Positions 54,103 through 63,864 of a stretch of 64,000 nt of DNA are shown piece after piece. Where the stretch lies: positions 1 to 64,000 of IMG/VR virus record IMGVR_UViG_3300027797_000013; one strand, given 5' to 3'. The first letter of the stretch is position 1. The number at the start of each line of letters is the position of its first letter. The translations under genes were made by a program, and so were the position numbers. This stretch comes from a virus. The notes below the pieces were generated by a model that saw only the letters and a list, made by a program, of their open reading frames with translations, made no database searches and was not told where the DNA came from.

Positions 54103-54211
54103 GGTTCAAACTGTCGATGGTTTATACACACCTCAAATAGACGAGGTATGGCATTCGGATAAAAGGTTTAGAGAGTTAGAGCGAACGTTATATTACCCTA
54201 GTTATAAGTAA
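53963..54211 (+). CDS. putative o-spanin lipoprotein (Rz1-like)
   Basis: MKLRK, hydrophobic core, lipobox LIS-C at residue 21; overlaps the 3' half of 53842-54102. Confidence 0.65.
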   Translation: MKLRKIVILVLMIQMIMLISCAKSSSTNNTSLQIYQPTILRLKANSEVQTVDGLYTPQIDEVWHSDKRFRELERTLYYPSYK

Positions 54212-54218
54212 AGTTAGG

Positions 54219-54947
54219 ATGAATGTAATCTTTTGGCATATATGTGGACTCACAAACTATAAAAAAATAGTTACTTCGCAGTTTAATACCATTAAAAAAA
54301 CAGGATTACTTGACAAGGTAGATAAAATTTATGTTACATATCTTGGTGAAAATAAGACTGATATCAATTTTCTCTTAAGAAAATCAAATAAAATCGTATT
54401 AGACAAGTACGATCCATTTATATTTCATTATGAGAGATTATGCTTGCATTCAATGCATGATTTCTCGCAGCAAAATAATGCTAATATTTTATATATACAC
54501 GCTAAGGGTGTAAGTACACGATTTGATGGCGATTCAAAATTGCAAGATAATATCAAACAATGGAGAAAAATGATGGAGAACTTCTTAATATACCATCATG
54601 AAGAATGTATTAAATTACTAGAGCAGAATGATGCTCTTGGTTGCTGTTTAGTTAACTGCAGATCTAATGATCTAGTTATAGATAAAGAAGATCATGCATA
54701 TCACTTCAGTGGTAACTTTTGGTGGAGTAAGACTGATTATATAAAAACCTTACCTCGTATAAGGGAAGATATAGTAGGTAACCTAGCTGGTAACTGTGCG
54801 TTTCATTTATGCGAACGATGGGTCCTTCAAAAATGGCCTAACATTAAATTAGTTGAAGTGTATAAAGACCCACACTCCTGCCACTTTTATAGTAACCCTC
54901 CTTCTATAGATTACTTAAAGGCTGACCTAAACAAAGTTACTTCTTAA
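54219..54947 (+). CDS. putative glycosyltransferase-like protein
   Basis: LYIHAKGVS...WRKMM...HFSGNFWWS...CERW, a pattern I associate with viral glycan gene clusters. Confidence 0.5.
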   Translation: MNVIFWHICGLTNYKKIVTSQFNTIKKTGLLDKVDKIYVTYLGENKTDINFLLRKSNKIVLDKYDPFIFHYERLCLHSMHDFSQQNNANILYIHAKGVSTRFDGDSKLQDNIKQWRKMMENFLIYHHEECIKLLEQNDALGCCLVNCRSNDLVIDKEDHAYHFSGNFWWSKTDYIKTLPRIREDIVGNLAGNCAFHLCERWVLQKWPNIKLVEVYKDPHSCHFYSNPPSIDYLKADLNKVTS

Positions 54948-55781
54948 TAGCTTTGTCTTATTTTTATTAAAGCTTTTAATTATTCTACGAATCTTCGTAT
55001 CAGAATATTTATCGCATAACTTAGATCTTAGATATTTAAATCTGACACTATTACTAACCGAGTCTTTCTCTTCTTGCGATAGATAAAACTCTACCCCTCT
55101 ATCTTTAAAGTATCTTAAATGATACCAAAAAGCACCTCCAATACTAAAGTCAAACATATACCATTGTAAATTTGGCTCATAATATTGCTCGCACTGAGCA
55201 TAAGAACCGTCATCGTATTTTACCATTCTAAAACAGGAACCTATCTTTATTTCTGTTAGAAAATGATCACCATGACATCCATTAAGAGGTATATTCTCAA
55301 ATGTTGAAACACTAATATTATTGTTGACGTCTACTGTGACATTATAGCCAACCATGCAGTAATACTTAGTTGTTTCCTTTCTCTTAAATAAATTGCTTAA
55401 TTCTTCTTCAAAATAAATTTGATCTGCGTCTATCTTTAAGAACCAGTTAAATTTACATTTACTCAGTCCATAGTTATAGTAATTTGCTAAAGAGTGACAT
55501 GGATTAAATCCTTCAATATAACCACTAGTGTTTGCTGGTATTACATATTGAGTATACTCATGTAGAGATATTTTTTTATATTTTAAGGCTAGTTCTGTAA
55601 GAATTTTAACTGTATTATCTACGCAGTTATGATATACAACTACCAACTCATCTACTACATTTATTACCGATTCAATAGATTGTCTAACAGTCCTCTCTTC
55701 ATTGCTTACCCTCATTAAGCCGGATACACCGTTTAAACGAGAACCTACCAGTGAATCTAAAAATTCCTGAGATATTAACAT
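54927..55781 (-). CDS. CgtA-like (beta-1,4-GalNAc-transferase-type) glycosyltransferase
   Basis: GLMRVSNEE...SIES...YHNCVDNT...LANYYNYGL...FLKIDADQIY. Confidence 0.75.
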   Translation of the reverse strand: MLISQEFLDSLVGSRLNGVSGLMRVSNEERTVRQSIESVINVVDELVVVYHNCVDNTVKILTELALKYKKISLHEYTQYVIPANTSGYIEGFNPCHSLANYYNYGLSKCKFNWFLKIDADQIYFEEELSNLFKRKETTKYYCMVGYNVTVDVNNNISVSTFENIPLNGCHGDHFLTEIKIGSCFRMVKYDDGSYAQCEQYYEPNLQWYMFDFSIGGAFWYHLRYFKDRGVEFYLSQEEKDSVSNSVRFKYLRSKLCDKYSDTKIRRIIKSFNKNKTKLLRSNFV

Positions 55782-55831
55782 ACAGATTAATTATTCACAA
55801 CTAATAATTTATCTATTTTAATATTTTTTTA

Positions 55832-56458
55832 TTAGAAATCTAAATGACCAGGTATATGACAAACGTTATGATTAGCTGATATACGTACATTCTTGCTCGC
55901 TGATTGAATTAGATGATGTATTAACATCCAATCATGACCGTACCCATCAGACCAACTAACATTTAATTCTTTTTTGTGAATGATAGAGCTTGTTCCAATC
56001 CGCCCGTATTGTAATATATTCTCTCTTAAAGAAGCAGCATAATCATCATTATTATTATAATGAGTAACTACATAATCATTAGAATAACACCAATCTATAT
56101 CATCCGTAATTTGATTAGCAATAAGCTCTAAATGATTATTTCCAAAAAAATCATCACTATCCAAATAACAAATCCAATTACCTGTTGCTAACGAAATGCC
56201 TTTATTACGAGTGCTACCACTAAACAATGAAGCTTTTTCCTGTTTTAAAAAAACTATATCACTGCAATTATTAAATTTATCTAAGTAAACGTCTTCAGCT
56301 ATATCACAACCATCAGATATAATTATTAATTCTTTATTTTTATAAGTTTGATTAATAAAGGAATTAACCGATCTAATAAATTTATCAACTCTATTTGAAG
56401 CACAACCTTCATAATAGCTTAAAGTCACTGGCATTACTACTGAAATTTTACACATCAT
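55832..56458 (-). CDS. glycosyltransferase family 2
   Basis: ISVVMP, SFINQTY, ELIIISDG, RNKGI, YLDSDD, GHDW. Confidence 0.9.
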   Translation of the reverse strand: MMCKISVVMPVTLSYYEGCASNRVDKFIRSVNSFINQTYKNKELIIISDGCDIAEDVYLDKFNNCSDIVFLKQEKASLFSGSTRNKGISLATGNWICYLDSDDFFGNNHLELIANQITDDIDWCYSNDYVVTHYNNNDDYAASLRENILQYGRIGTSSIIHKKELNVSWSDGYGHDWMLIHHLIQSASKNVRISANHNVCHIPGHLDF

Positions 56459-56594
56459 ATATTAATAAAATTTACTTAAACAATTAAGTTTTTTGTTAGG
56501 TTGTACCATACTATATATATGAAATCTTTCGTAATGTACTAGACAATATCTAACTTTTTTTTAATAAAAGTAACCTCTTTTAATAAATATTATT

Positions 56595-57014
56595 ATGACA
56601 AATAAGCAAAGAGAAGCAATGTTACTCGAAGAGGCTTACTCAGAGGTAAATGAGGGTATTTTTACTCGTTTAAAAGGTCAAGTCGCCGGTATGGGTGCAG
56701 GCTTAAAACAAGGAGCTCAAAATATAGCTACAGGTGTTGCAGGCAAATTAGGTGCAACAGTAACGCCATCAGGTAAAACTATGGGACAAGCTTATGCTAA
56801 AGCTCAGCAAAAATCAATCTTTGCAAACTTTATGAAAGTAGCTGAAAAGGAAATTGCAGATTTTAACGCGGATTTGGAAAAATTAGGTAAAGCTGACCTA
56901 GCTACTTTAAAAGCATCACACCCAGAAATTGAACAAGTTATCAAGTCAAGTAAGGATTTGTTAGATTATCTTAAAAAGAAAAAGTACGCACCCCAGAAAA
57001 TCGCTTCAAAATAG
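56595..57014 (+). CDS. hypothetical late protein, possible internal head protein
   Basis: TAAATA-N5-ATG; LLEEAYSEVNE/GIF processing-like motif. Confidence 0.55.
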   Translation: MTNKQREAMLLEEAYSEVNEGIFTRLKGQVAGMGAGLKQGAQNIATGVAGKLGATVTPSGKTMGQAYAKAQQKSIFANFMKVAEKEIADFNADLEKLGKADLATLKASHPEIEQVIKSSKDLLDYLKKKKYAPQKIASK

Positions 57015-57037
57015 CTTCTATACCAGTATTTAATAAC

Positions 57038-58342
57038 ATGAAAAACGACAATAAACTTATCTTCAATACATACGCGCGCACTACTGGCGCTTATCTGCTT
57101 AATGAAGCAGATCAGGCTGAAGCTGATCAAAATTTAATAAAACAAAATTTTGCAAAACAACTTGAAGAGCCAGAAGTTCAACAGGCAATGGTTAAACAAG
57201 CTGAAGAGCTTAAGGCAAAGTATCAAGCAGAGATTGATAAAGCCTTAGAAGCCGATGGAGGCACAGCTGGAAGTAATGTTGAAGCGTTATTACAAAAGAT
57301 TCAACAAGAGATTGAAGCACAAGCTCAGCAACAAGTTAAAGAATCAATTGAGTTGCAAGAGGGTTTTTTTAAGAGAGCTGGTGCTCTTGCTTCTGGAGCA
57401 ATGAAGAGAGCTGGAGACGTGATGACTAATACTGCTTCTAATAAGAGCTGGAGACAAGAAGCTATTTTAAAGAGATTCGAGTCACTGAAGTCTTCTTTAG
57501 GTAAGGAATTGAGAGAGTTACAATTAGATATGGAAACTACGTCTAATACAGATACAAAAGTAAAAGACTCTGTTAATAGAATTATAACATTTATTGGTAA
57601 TAAACGTGGTTTCACTCCTAAGTCGTCTAAATTTCAAGACTTTAGACATTCAGCAGGTAAATTTACGCAAAATGTATTAACAGGTGCTGCGATAGCACTT
57701 CCAGCAATGGCTTTAGCTGCTCCTGTAGCTACAGCAATGGGATTAACCGGTGCGGCTGCAGCTGCTACTGCAGCAGGTTTGACTGGAGGTTCTGTATCTT
57801 TCTTAAAAGATTTAATAAATGGTCAAAAACCAGATAAGAAGAGAATGGCTGTAACAGCACTTGCATCCGCTGCTGCAGCCGGATTGTTCCAGGTAGCTAT
57901 GGATAAATATTCTTCATCACCAGAAGCACCTACAGGTACTTCTCAATCGCCTGAAACATCTCAATCGCCTGAAACATCTCAATCGCCTGAAGTTCGTGAT
58001 GCCTTGCCTGTATTAGATCAAGGAGACACGTTTGAAACAATGCATGGTACGTCATATGATCCTGGCGCGACATTGGATCAAATGAAACAATCTTCTCACG
58101 ATGTCCTATGGAGTAAAAAGATCATGGGTACTACCGGTGATGGAACTGCAATACCATCGCCTGCTATACAAAATTACATAGATACATTAGCTAAAAGTAA
58201 TCCTGATAAAGCTCAATATATTATTGATTACATTAAAAATATGTCAAAGATAGATATTGACAATACATTATCTTCTAGTGCAAGAAAAAGCGGTGCTGCT
58301 GTTAACGCTCTTAAGAGTATTGTTAAAAGCAAATTTGGTTAA
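57038..58342 (+). CDS. hypothetical protein with Ala/Gly-rich hydrophobic hairpin, possible internal head protein
   Basis: LLNE/A and LQE/GFF motifs, Gln/Glu coiled coil, long AGL-rich hydrophobic stretch, SQSPET repeats. Confidence 0.55.
   Translation: MKNDNKLIFNTYARTTGAYLLNEADQAEADQNLIKQNFAKQLEEPEVQQAMVKQAEELKAKYQAEIDKALEADGGTAGSNVEALLQKIQQEIEAQAQQQVKESIELQEGFFKRAGALASGAMKRAGDVMTNTASNKSWRQEAILKRFESLKSSLGKELRELQLDMETTSNTDTKVKDSVNRIITFIGNKRGFTPKSSKFQDFRHSAGKFTQNVLTGAAIALPAMALAAPVATAMGLTGAAAAATAAGLTGGSVSFLKDLINGQKPDKKRMAVTALASAAAAGLFQVAMDKYSSSPEAPTGTSQSPETSQSPETSQSPEVRDALPVLDQGDTFETMHGTSYDPGATLDQMKQSSHDVLWSKKIMGTTGDGTAIPSPAIQNYIDTLAKSNPDKAQYIIDYIKNMSKIDIDNTLSSSARKSGAAVNALKSIVKSKFG
57941..57991. 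repeat. ~3 x 18-bp tandem repeat (SQSPET)
   Basis: tctcaatcgcctgaaaca twice plus tctcaatcgcctgaa. Confidence 0.9.
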
Positions 58343-58369
58343 TCAATAACTTTATGAGCTATATAGTAC

Positions 58370-59011
58370 CTACTTTCGTAGGTACTTCCACGACACAGGA
58401 AACAACTCCTGTGTAATATTATCAATTTGCTCAGCTACTAACCTGGTTTCAAGCTGAGTATCTTTCTTGCATCGTAAGTTACAAACACGAGCAAAAGCAA
58501 TTAACGAGCCTGACCAATACCACTCAGTAAAGATGTTCTGAGGTAATACCATACGTGCTTGCTCAGCACATACACCAGCAGCTAATAGGTCTTTGTAGTA
58601 AGCTATACTAGCATTACATACAGCCTCTGCAGAGCTAGATAAGTCTTTAACATCAACAAACTGATCTTCATATGAGCCCTGCTTCTTATCCTCATTACGC
58701 TTACGCCAGCTATCAGGATAATAAATTTCAGGTACAGAGTCTACATACCTCCTCGATACCTCATTCCATACTAGACCAACAGTATGCTTTACTAGCTGAC
58801 GAGCAACAAAGATTGGAGCTTTAATATGAAAAGATAAAGCAGCATGACCAAAAGGAGTCCAGTGATTGTGTTCAGCTAAGAACTTAATAAGCCTTTCATC
58901 CCCAGCCTTTAACTTATCTCCTTCCCAGGTAGACTTCTTATCAAATGATACCCGAGCTGCATTTACTACAGATAAGTCAGTACCCATCTTATCAATTAAT
59001 TCTACAATCAT
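58370..59011 (-). CDS. thyX: FAD-dependent thymidylate synthase
   Basis: VVNAARVSF, HWTPF, PIFVARQLVKH...WNEVSRRY, EQARMVLP, TQLETR. Confidence 0.95.
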   Translation of the reverse strand: MIVELIDKMGTDLSVVNAARVSFDKKSTWEGDKLKAGDERLIKFLAEHNHWTPFGHAALSFHIKAPIFVARQLVKHTVGLVWNEVSRRYVDSVPEIYYPDSWRKRNEDKKQGSYEDQFVDVKDLSSSAEAVCNASIAYYKDLLAAGVCAEQARMVLPQNIFTEWYWSGSLIAFARVCNLRCKKDTQLETRLVAEQIDNITQELFPVSWKYLRK

Positions 59012-59016
59012 ACTCT

Positions 59017-59044
59017 ATGATAGAGTCATTACTGTCTTAATCAA
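59017..59044 (-). promoter_or_regulatory. sigma70-like promoter, leaderless, for thyX
   Basis: TTGATT-16 nt-TATCAT-5 nt-ATG on the minus strand. Confidence 0.55.
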
Positions 59045-59989
59045 CTATAACAATCTAGCTGTACCGTCTTTCTCTGCTTGTAGAAATGAATCATACGCAT
59101 GATTTATACCCTCTTCTAGATCTATACTATAGCTCCAACCTAACTCTTTTAACTTAGATACATCTAATAGCTTACGAGGAGTACCATCAGGCTTACTAGG
59201 GTCAGTAAGTATATTACCTTTAAAGCCAACAGTCTTAGCTACTAAGTGAGCTAATTCTAAAATGCTAATATCAGTTCCGGTACCTACATTAACCCAATCA
59301 GGAGGATTATCTACCTTAAGGATATGGAAGCACGCTTGAGCTAAATCATCAACGTGAAGAAACTCTCGTCTCGGTGTACCAGTTCCCCATAGTGTAACAT
59401 CACTATCTCCTCTTAGAGTAGCTTCATGAAACCTACGAATCAAAGCAGGTAGTACGTGTGAGTGTTCAGGGTGAAAGTTATCGCCTGGACCATATAGATT
59501 GGTAGGCATTACTGAGTGAAAGAGAACGCCATGCTGTCGTCTATATGACTGACACATCTTCAATCCTGCTATCTTAGCTATAGCATACGACTCATTAGTA
59601 GGCTCAAGAGCAGAGGTTAGTAAGCAATCCTCTGTCATTGGTTGTGGAGCCTCTTTAGGATAAATGCACGAGCTGCCTAAGAACAATAACCTGTCCACTT
59701 TAGTTTTATAAGCTAAGTCAATTAAGTTATGCTGTATTATTAAGTTATCTGATATAAAGTCTGCAGGTAAGTCTCTATTAGCCACGATACCTCCTACCTT
59801 AGCTGCAGCAATTATGACAGCATCAAACCTATGTTCAAACATAAAGTCTTCAACTTCATCCTGCATAGTTAAATCTAGTTCATATCTAGATGCAGTAACT
59901 ACATTCGTCCAACCAGCAGCTGCAGCAGCTCTTAATAGAGCTGACCCAACCATTCCTTTATGTCCTGCGATAAAAAGCTTCTTATTCAT
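59045..59989 (-). CDS. fcl: GDP-L-fucose synthase
   Basis: [71 protein letters not shown]. Confidence 0.97.
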   Translation of the reverse strand: MNKKLFIAGHKGMVGSALLRAAAAAGWTNVVTASRYELDLTMQDEVEDFMFEHRFDAVIIAAAKVGGIVANRDLPADFISDNLIIQHNLIDLAYKTKVDRLLFLGSSCIYPKEAPQPMTEDCLLTSALEPTNESYAIAKIAGLKMCQSYRRQHGVLFHSVMPTNLYGPGDNFHPEHSHVLPALIRRFHEATLRGDSDVTLWGTGTPRREFLHVDDLAQACFHILKVDNPPDWVNVGTGTDISILELAHLVAKTVGFKGNILTDPSKPDGTPRKLLDVSKLKELGWSYSIDLEEGINHAYDSFLQAEKDGTARLL

Positions 59990-59998
59990 AATGTGTAT

Positions 59999-60601
59999 CT
60001 ATATTTGATCCTCATGAATATAAACTCTACCACCTACTTTGCAAACAGATCTTATCTCTTCTTCGGTAAATTTACCAACAGTAGACATAAGGAATAGATC
60101 ACCACCTATCTCCTCTGGAATGCCTTCTATTGAAACAAGTTCCGTACTATGACACGTAAAGTTATACTTTACCTTTCTTGGAGCTCCTATAAGATTCTTA
60201 AACGGATTATAGGAACAGCTAAAAGAATCGAGTATTTCAGTAGGGCTGTACTCTAGACTATCAAGCAAATTATTAGAACAAATAAAATTACCTCCCGCAT
60301 ATGAAGGACAATATTGTAATGAGGTTAATTTATTACCACCACAGTTAAAGTGTTTATATACATAATCAGGTCCTCCTTCTAATGTTATAAGTTTATTTTC
60401 AGAACACTTAAAGGATCCCCCTCCATATGTATATTCTCTTCCGCCTTTTTGTACTGAAGAAGGAGAGTTAATAAGAGAGGTAAGTTTATTTTTAGAGCAA
60501 TCAAATCTACCTCTTACTTCTACCCCTTTCATAAAGTCAGGTAGCTCAGTTATATAGGTGTTATGAAAACTAACATCACCTTCTATGTATCTATTAGACA
60601 T
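59999..60601 (-). CDS. LRR-like repeat protein (6 repeats)
   Basis: N-cap YIEGDV...ITELPDF, LxxLxxxP...FxCxxN repeats, C-cap FTEEEIRSVCKVGGRVY. Confidence 0.85.
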   Translation of the reverse strand: MSNRYIEGDVSFHNTYITELPDFMKGVEVRGRFDCSKNKLTSLINSPSSVQKGGREYTYGGGSFKCSENKLITLEGGPDYVYKHFNCGGNKLTSLQYCPSYAGGNFICSNNLLDSLEYSPTEILDSFSCSYNPFKNLIGAPRKVKYNFTCHSTELVSIEGIPEEIGGDLFLMSTVGKFTEEEIRSVCKVGGRVYIHEDQI

Positions 60602-61217
60602 ATACTCTACCTCCTACCTTACAAACTGCTCTTACTTGTTCTTCTGTAAATATGACAGGGTCATAGCCAGGACGAGCTCGTTGATTACTGCATATAAAGT
60701 CATTTCTAACTTCCTTTGGAGCTTCTGTTAAATCACTAAGTAAATTATTCGAGCAGTTAAAACTTCCTCCAACCGTTTTTGGAGAGCCTCTAAGGGTTGT
60801 GAGATTGTTATACCCGCATAGATAATGACCATCTTTGTCTGAGAGATACCCCCATCCATCGGCGGATGGAGACGCTTCAATAATAGTAGGCCCGAAATCA
60901 AGATTTTTAAGCATATTGTACCTACAATCGAAATCCCCGATAACTCTGGATGGTGAATGATTAAGTGAGGATATTTTATTGTATCGTATATCTACAGAAC
61001 CGCCTATAATACTAGGTATACCTTCTAAAGAGATTAGCTTATTATCCTTACAGCTAAATGAACCAGTCACTTCAGCAGGAGCATTCTTGAGAGTTCTAAG
61101 TTGGTTTTCACTAGCAAAGAACCCTCCTTTAACTATTAAGCCATTAAGAAACTCAGGTAGCTCCGTAATATAGAAACCTGATATATCAACCATACGCTCA
61201 ATATATCTCTTAGACAT
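60594..61217 (-). CDS. LRR-like repeat protein (6 repeats)
   Basis: Likely start MSKRYIE at 61217 via an ATGTCTAA overlap; C-cap FTEEQVRAVCKVGGRVYV. Confidence 0.85.
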   Translation of the reverse strand: MSKRYIERMVDISGFYITELPEFLNGLIVKGGFFASENQLRTLKNAPAEVTGSFSCKDNKLISLEGIPSIIGGSVDIRYNKISSLNHSPSRVIGDFDCRYNMLKNLDFGPTIIEASPSADGWGYLSDKDGHYLCGYNNLTTLRGSPKTVGGSFNCSNNLLSDLTEAPKEVRNDFICSNQRARPGYDPVIFTEEQVRAVCKVGGRVYV

Positions 61218-62187
61218 ATCTAAAGCCTTTCTGAAGATTGGATAGATAGGATTCAACTAAGCTATAACCCTCTCCAGCAACCGTCACAATACGCTTCTTA
61301 ATCTCTTCAAAGACTCTCTGCTGCATAGGTACAATCTTTTCATTATAAATCGCCTCCCATTTAGGGTCATCAGTGAAATAATAATTACTCTCATATTCAG
61401 CCATACCTATGTTATCACCATCTCCGGTAACTTTATACCCTTTCTTTAACAAGCTTTTTACGAAAGCTATGGTAGGCTCTTGATATCTTTCAGCAGGAGC
61501 CTGGTTAGAATTACCTTTAATTTGTAAAATATCTTTCTTTTTTATCTCAAAAGTAACGTGAGGTCGGTTCTCTGCATCCCAGAGAGAAATAATGTCCTGG
61601 TTTGGAGTTTTAGGATCATAACTTCCAACACAGTGACCCATTTCATCTCCTTCACACTTATATGCTTTCTTAGAAAGTAACTTAACCCATGTCATCTCTC
61701 TACCACGGCCATCTTTAGTCTTATAGATAGGCTCATAATCGACTCCTTCCTTAAACTTATTGGCAGGAGCTGATGCAGCTTGTCTTGATCTAGCAGTCAT
61801 AGCTGCATCCCAAGAAGCAATCTTCTGTACAATAGTGCTATATGGTTCTTTATTAATTTTTGCTAAATCAATATCTTCTAGAGTATTAAAATAGTCAATC
61901 ATGTGATTAAGATACTCAATATCATCTGGCTCAAAGCCTGTAAAGTCAACAATACCTTCTCCAGACATCCACGAAGGCTCATCTTGAGTATATGTATGAG
62001 GACGAACTGGTTTCTTATCATCATCTTGGTTAGACTTAAACCATTTAATAAACTGAGTACTAAACCACTGACGTATAGGTGCTTTATTAACCCCTTTAGC
62101 ATCTAATACTTTATCAATAGAGAGCTGTAGAGGTTCAATCTGAGCTAAATTAGCCTCTTTAAGATAGAACTGAGTATAGGAAATCAT
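61210..62187 (-). CDS. PcfJ-like domain protein with T4 internal-protein-like N-terminus
   Basis: EGDEMGHCVGSY...IISLWD...PHVTFEI...QIKGNSN; N-terminus MISYTQFYLKE. Confidence 0.7.
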   Translation of the reverse strand: MISYTQFYLKEANLAQIEPLQLSIDKVLDAKGVNKAPIRQWFSTQFIKWFKSNQDDDKKPVRPHTYTQDEPSWMSGEGIVDFTGFEPDDIEYLNHMIDYFNTLEDIDLAKINKEPYSTIVQKIASWDAAMTARSRQAASAPANKFKEGVDYEPIYKTKDGRGREMTWVKLLSKKAYKCEGDEMGHCVGSYDPKTPNQDIISLWDAENRPHVTFEIKKKDILQIKGNSNQAPAERYQEPTIAFVKSLLKKGYKVTGDGDNIGMAEYESNYYFTDDPKWEAIYNEKIVPMQQRVFEEIKKRIVTVAGEGYSLVESYLSNLQKGFRYV

Positions 62188-62250
62188 AATAATATTTAAT
62201 TAAAACTAAAAAGTATACAGTGAATTCTATAGAAAAATACATCTCATCCT

Positions 62251-63183
62251 CTATACTTCAACTCTACCTCCTACCTTACAAACAGCTCTTACCTCTTCTT
62301 CAGTAAAACTAACAGCGTTTTGGGAGCAGCAAAAATGACCTTCTACAACTCGAGGAGCTCCTTCAAGAGTGGTTAATTTATTAATAAAGCAGTTAAAATT
62401 ACCTCCTACATATTCAGGAGCTCCAATTAAACTAGTAAGCTTATTACTATAACAACTAAAATCACCTCCAACCCTTTTTGGACCACCTTCAAGAGTGGTT
62501 AAGTTACTCTGACTGCAACTAAAATCTCTTTCTATAATTTCCGGAGCTCCTTTTAAAGAAACTAAAGACTTACCTCCACAATGATATCTTCTAACTGTTT
62601 TAGGTCCTCCTTCGAGAGATTTTATATTATTACCCCAGCATATAAAAGTGTCTCCTACTGTGTGTGGAGAGCCAGCAAGAGAGGTTAATTGGTTTTTTTG
62701 ACATTGGAAGGATTCACCTACTTCACTAGGAGCTCCAGCTAAACTAGTGAGCTGATTTTCAAAACATGCAAAGTGACCCCCAACACTTTCCGGAGAACCT
62801 TCAAGAGTTCTTATGCTACTATTATAACAATAAAAATTACCCCCCACTCTTAAGGGTGAACCTTTTAATGAAACTAAAGATTCACTTGAACAAATAAAAT
62901 CACCTACTACTTCTTTTGGAGCTCCATCAAGAGTTCTTAGTCTATTAGTATGACAATAAAAACTACCTAATACTCGTTCAGGAGCTCCTTCAAGAGATTT
63001 TAATTTATTTTCAGAACAATCAAAACTTCCCTCAACTTCATAAGGTGCATTAACCAGATTGGATAAGTGGTTAACACTGCAAATGAAATCACCTTGTATC
63101 TTGACATCAGACAAGAAATCAGGGAGTTGCATTAAGTTTATTCCAGATAGTTTTACCTCACCTTCTATATACTTCTTAGGCAT
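62251..63183 (-). CDS. LRR-like repeat protein (12 repeats)
   Basis: Twelve ~21-aa units such as LTSLAGAPSEVGESFQCQKNQ; same N- and C-caps as its paralogues. Confidence 0.88.
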   Translation of the reverse strand: MPKKYIEGEVKLSGINLMQLPDFLSDVKIQGDFICSVNHLSNLVNAPYEVEGSFDCSENKLKSLEGAPERVLGSFYCHTNRLRTLDGAPKEVVGDFICSSESLVSLKGSPLRVGGNFYCYNSSIRTLEGSPESVGGHFACFENQLTSLAGAPSEVGESFQCQKNQLTSLAGSPHTVGDTFICWGNNIKSLEGGPKTVRRYHCGGKSLVSLKGAPEIIERDFSCSQSNLTTLEGGPKRVGGDFSCYSNKLTSLIGAPEYVGGNFNCFINKLTTLEGAPRVVEGHFCCSQNAVSFTEEEVRAVCKVGGRVEV

Positions 63184-63191
63184 AATGTTAT

Positions 63192-63854
63192 TTAGGTATA
63201 TACCCTATCTCCAACCTGACACACCGCTCTTATTTCATCCCTAGTAAACGTTTTACCTTTGTTACCACTTATATCGAAGTTACCATTCACGACTTTAGGT
63301 ATACCTTCGAGTGAAGTAATCCTATTCTGCGAGCAGTCAAAGTCACCATACACGAGACTAGGCGCTCCTAAGAGTGACTTAAGATTACTAAACTCGCAAT
63401 AGAAACTACAATCATCATTAATATCATCGCCTATTTGTTTAGGTGCTCCTTCAAGTGTTTCAAGTTGATTATAACTACAAATATAATTGAGTCTTACGTC
63501 ACTAGGGCCTCCTTTTAGTGTTTTGAGCATATTGTTACTACAATCAAAATGACCTCCTACTCTTGTAGGTCCATTTTCAAGAGAAGTAATACTACAGGTA
63601 TTACATAATAGACTACCTCTTATCTCCCCGGGTACACCTTTAAGTGAAGTAAGATATTTATTTTCGTAACAATATATGCTCATGTTCCTTATATGGTAAG
63701 GTACCCATTTAAATTTAGGCATACCATTAAGAGAAGTAAGAAGGTTATTACTACAATCAAACTCTCCTGCACACTCTACATCGGCTAAGAAATCAGGTAT
63801 ACTCTGCAAATATAACTTAGATATATCAACATTACCTTCTATATACTTTCTCAT
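63192..63854 (-). CDS. LRR-like repeat protein (7 repeats)
   Basis: MRKYIEGNV...IPDFL N-cap; C-cap FTRDEIRAVCQVGDRVY. Confidence 0.85.
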   Translation of the reverse strand: MRKYIEGNVDISKLYLQSIPDFLADVECAGEFDCSNNLLTSLNGMPKFKWVPYHIRNMSIYCYENKYLTSLKGVPGEIRGSLLCNTCSITSLENGPTRVGGHFDCSNNMLKTLKGGPSDVRLNYICSYNQLETLEGAPKQIGDDINDDCSFYCEFSNLKSLLGAPSLVYGDFDCSQNRITSLEGIPKVVNGNFDISGNKGKTFTRDEIRAVCQVGDRVYT

Positions 63855-63864
63855 TATATTATAT

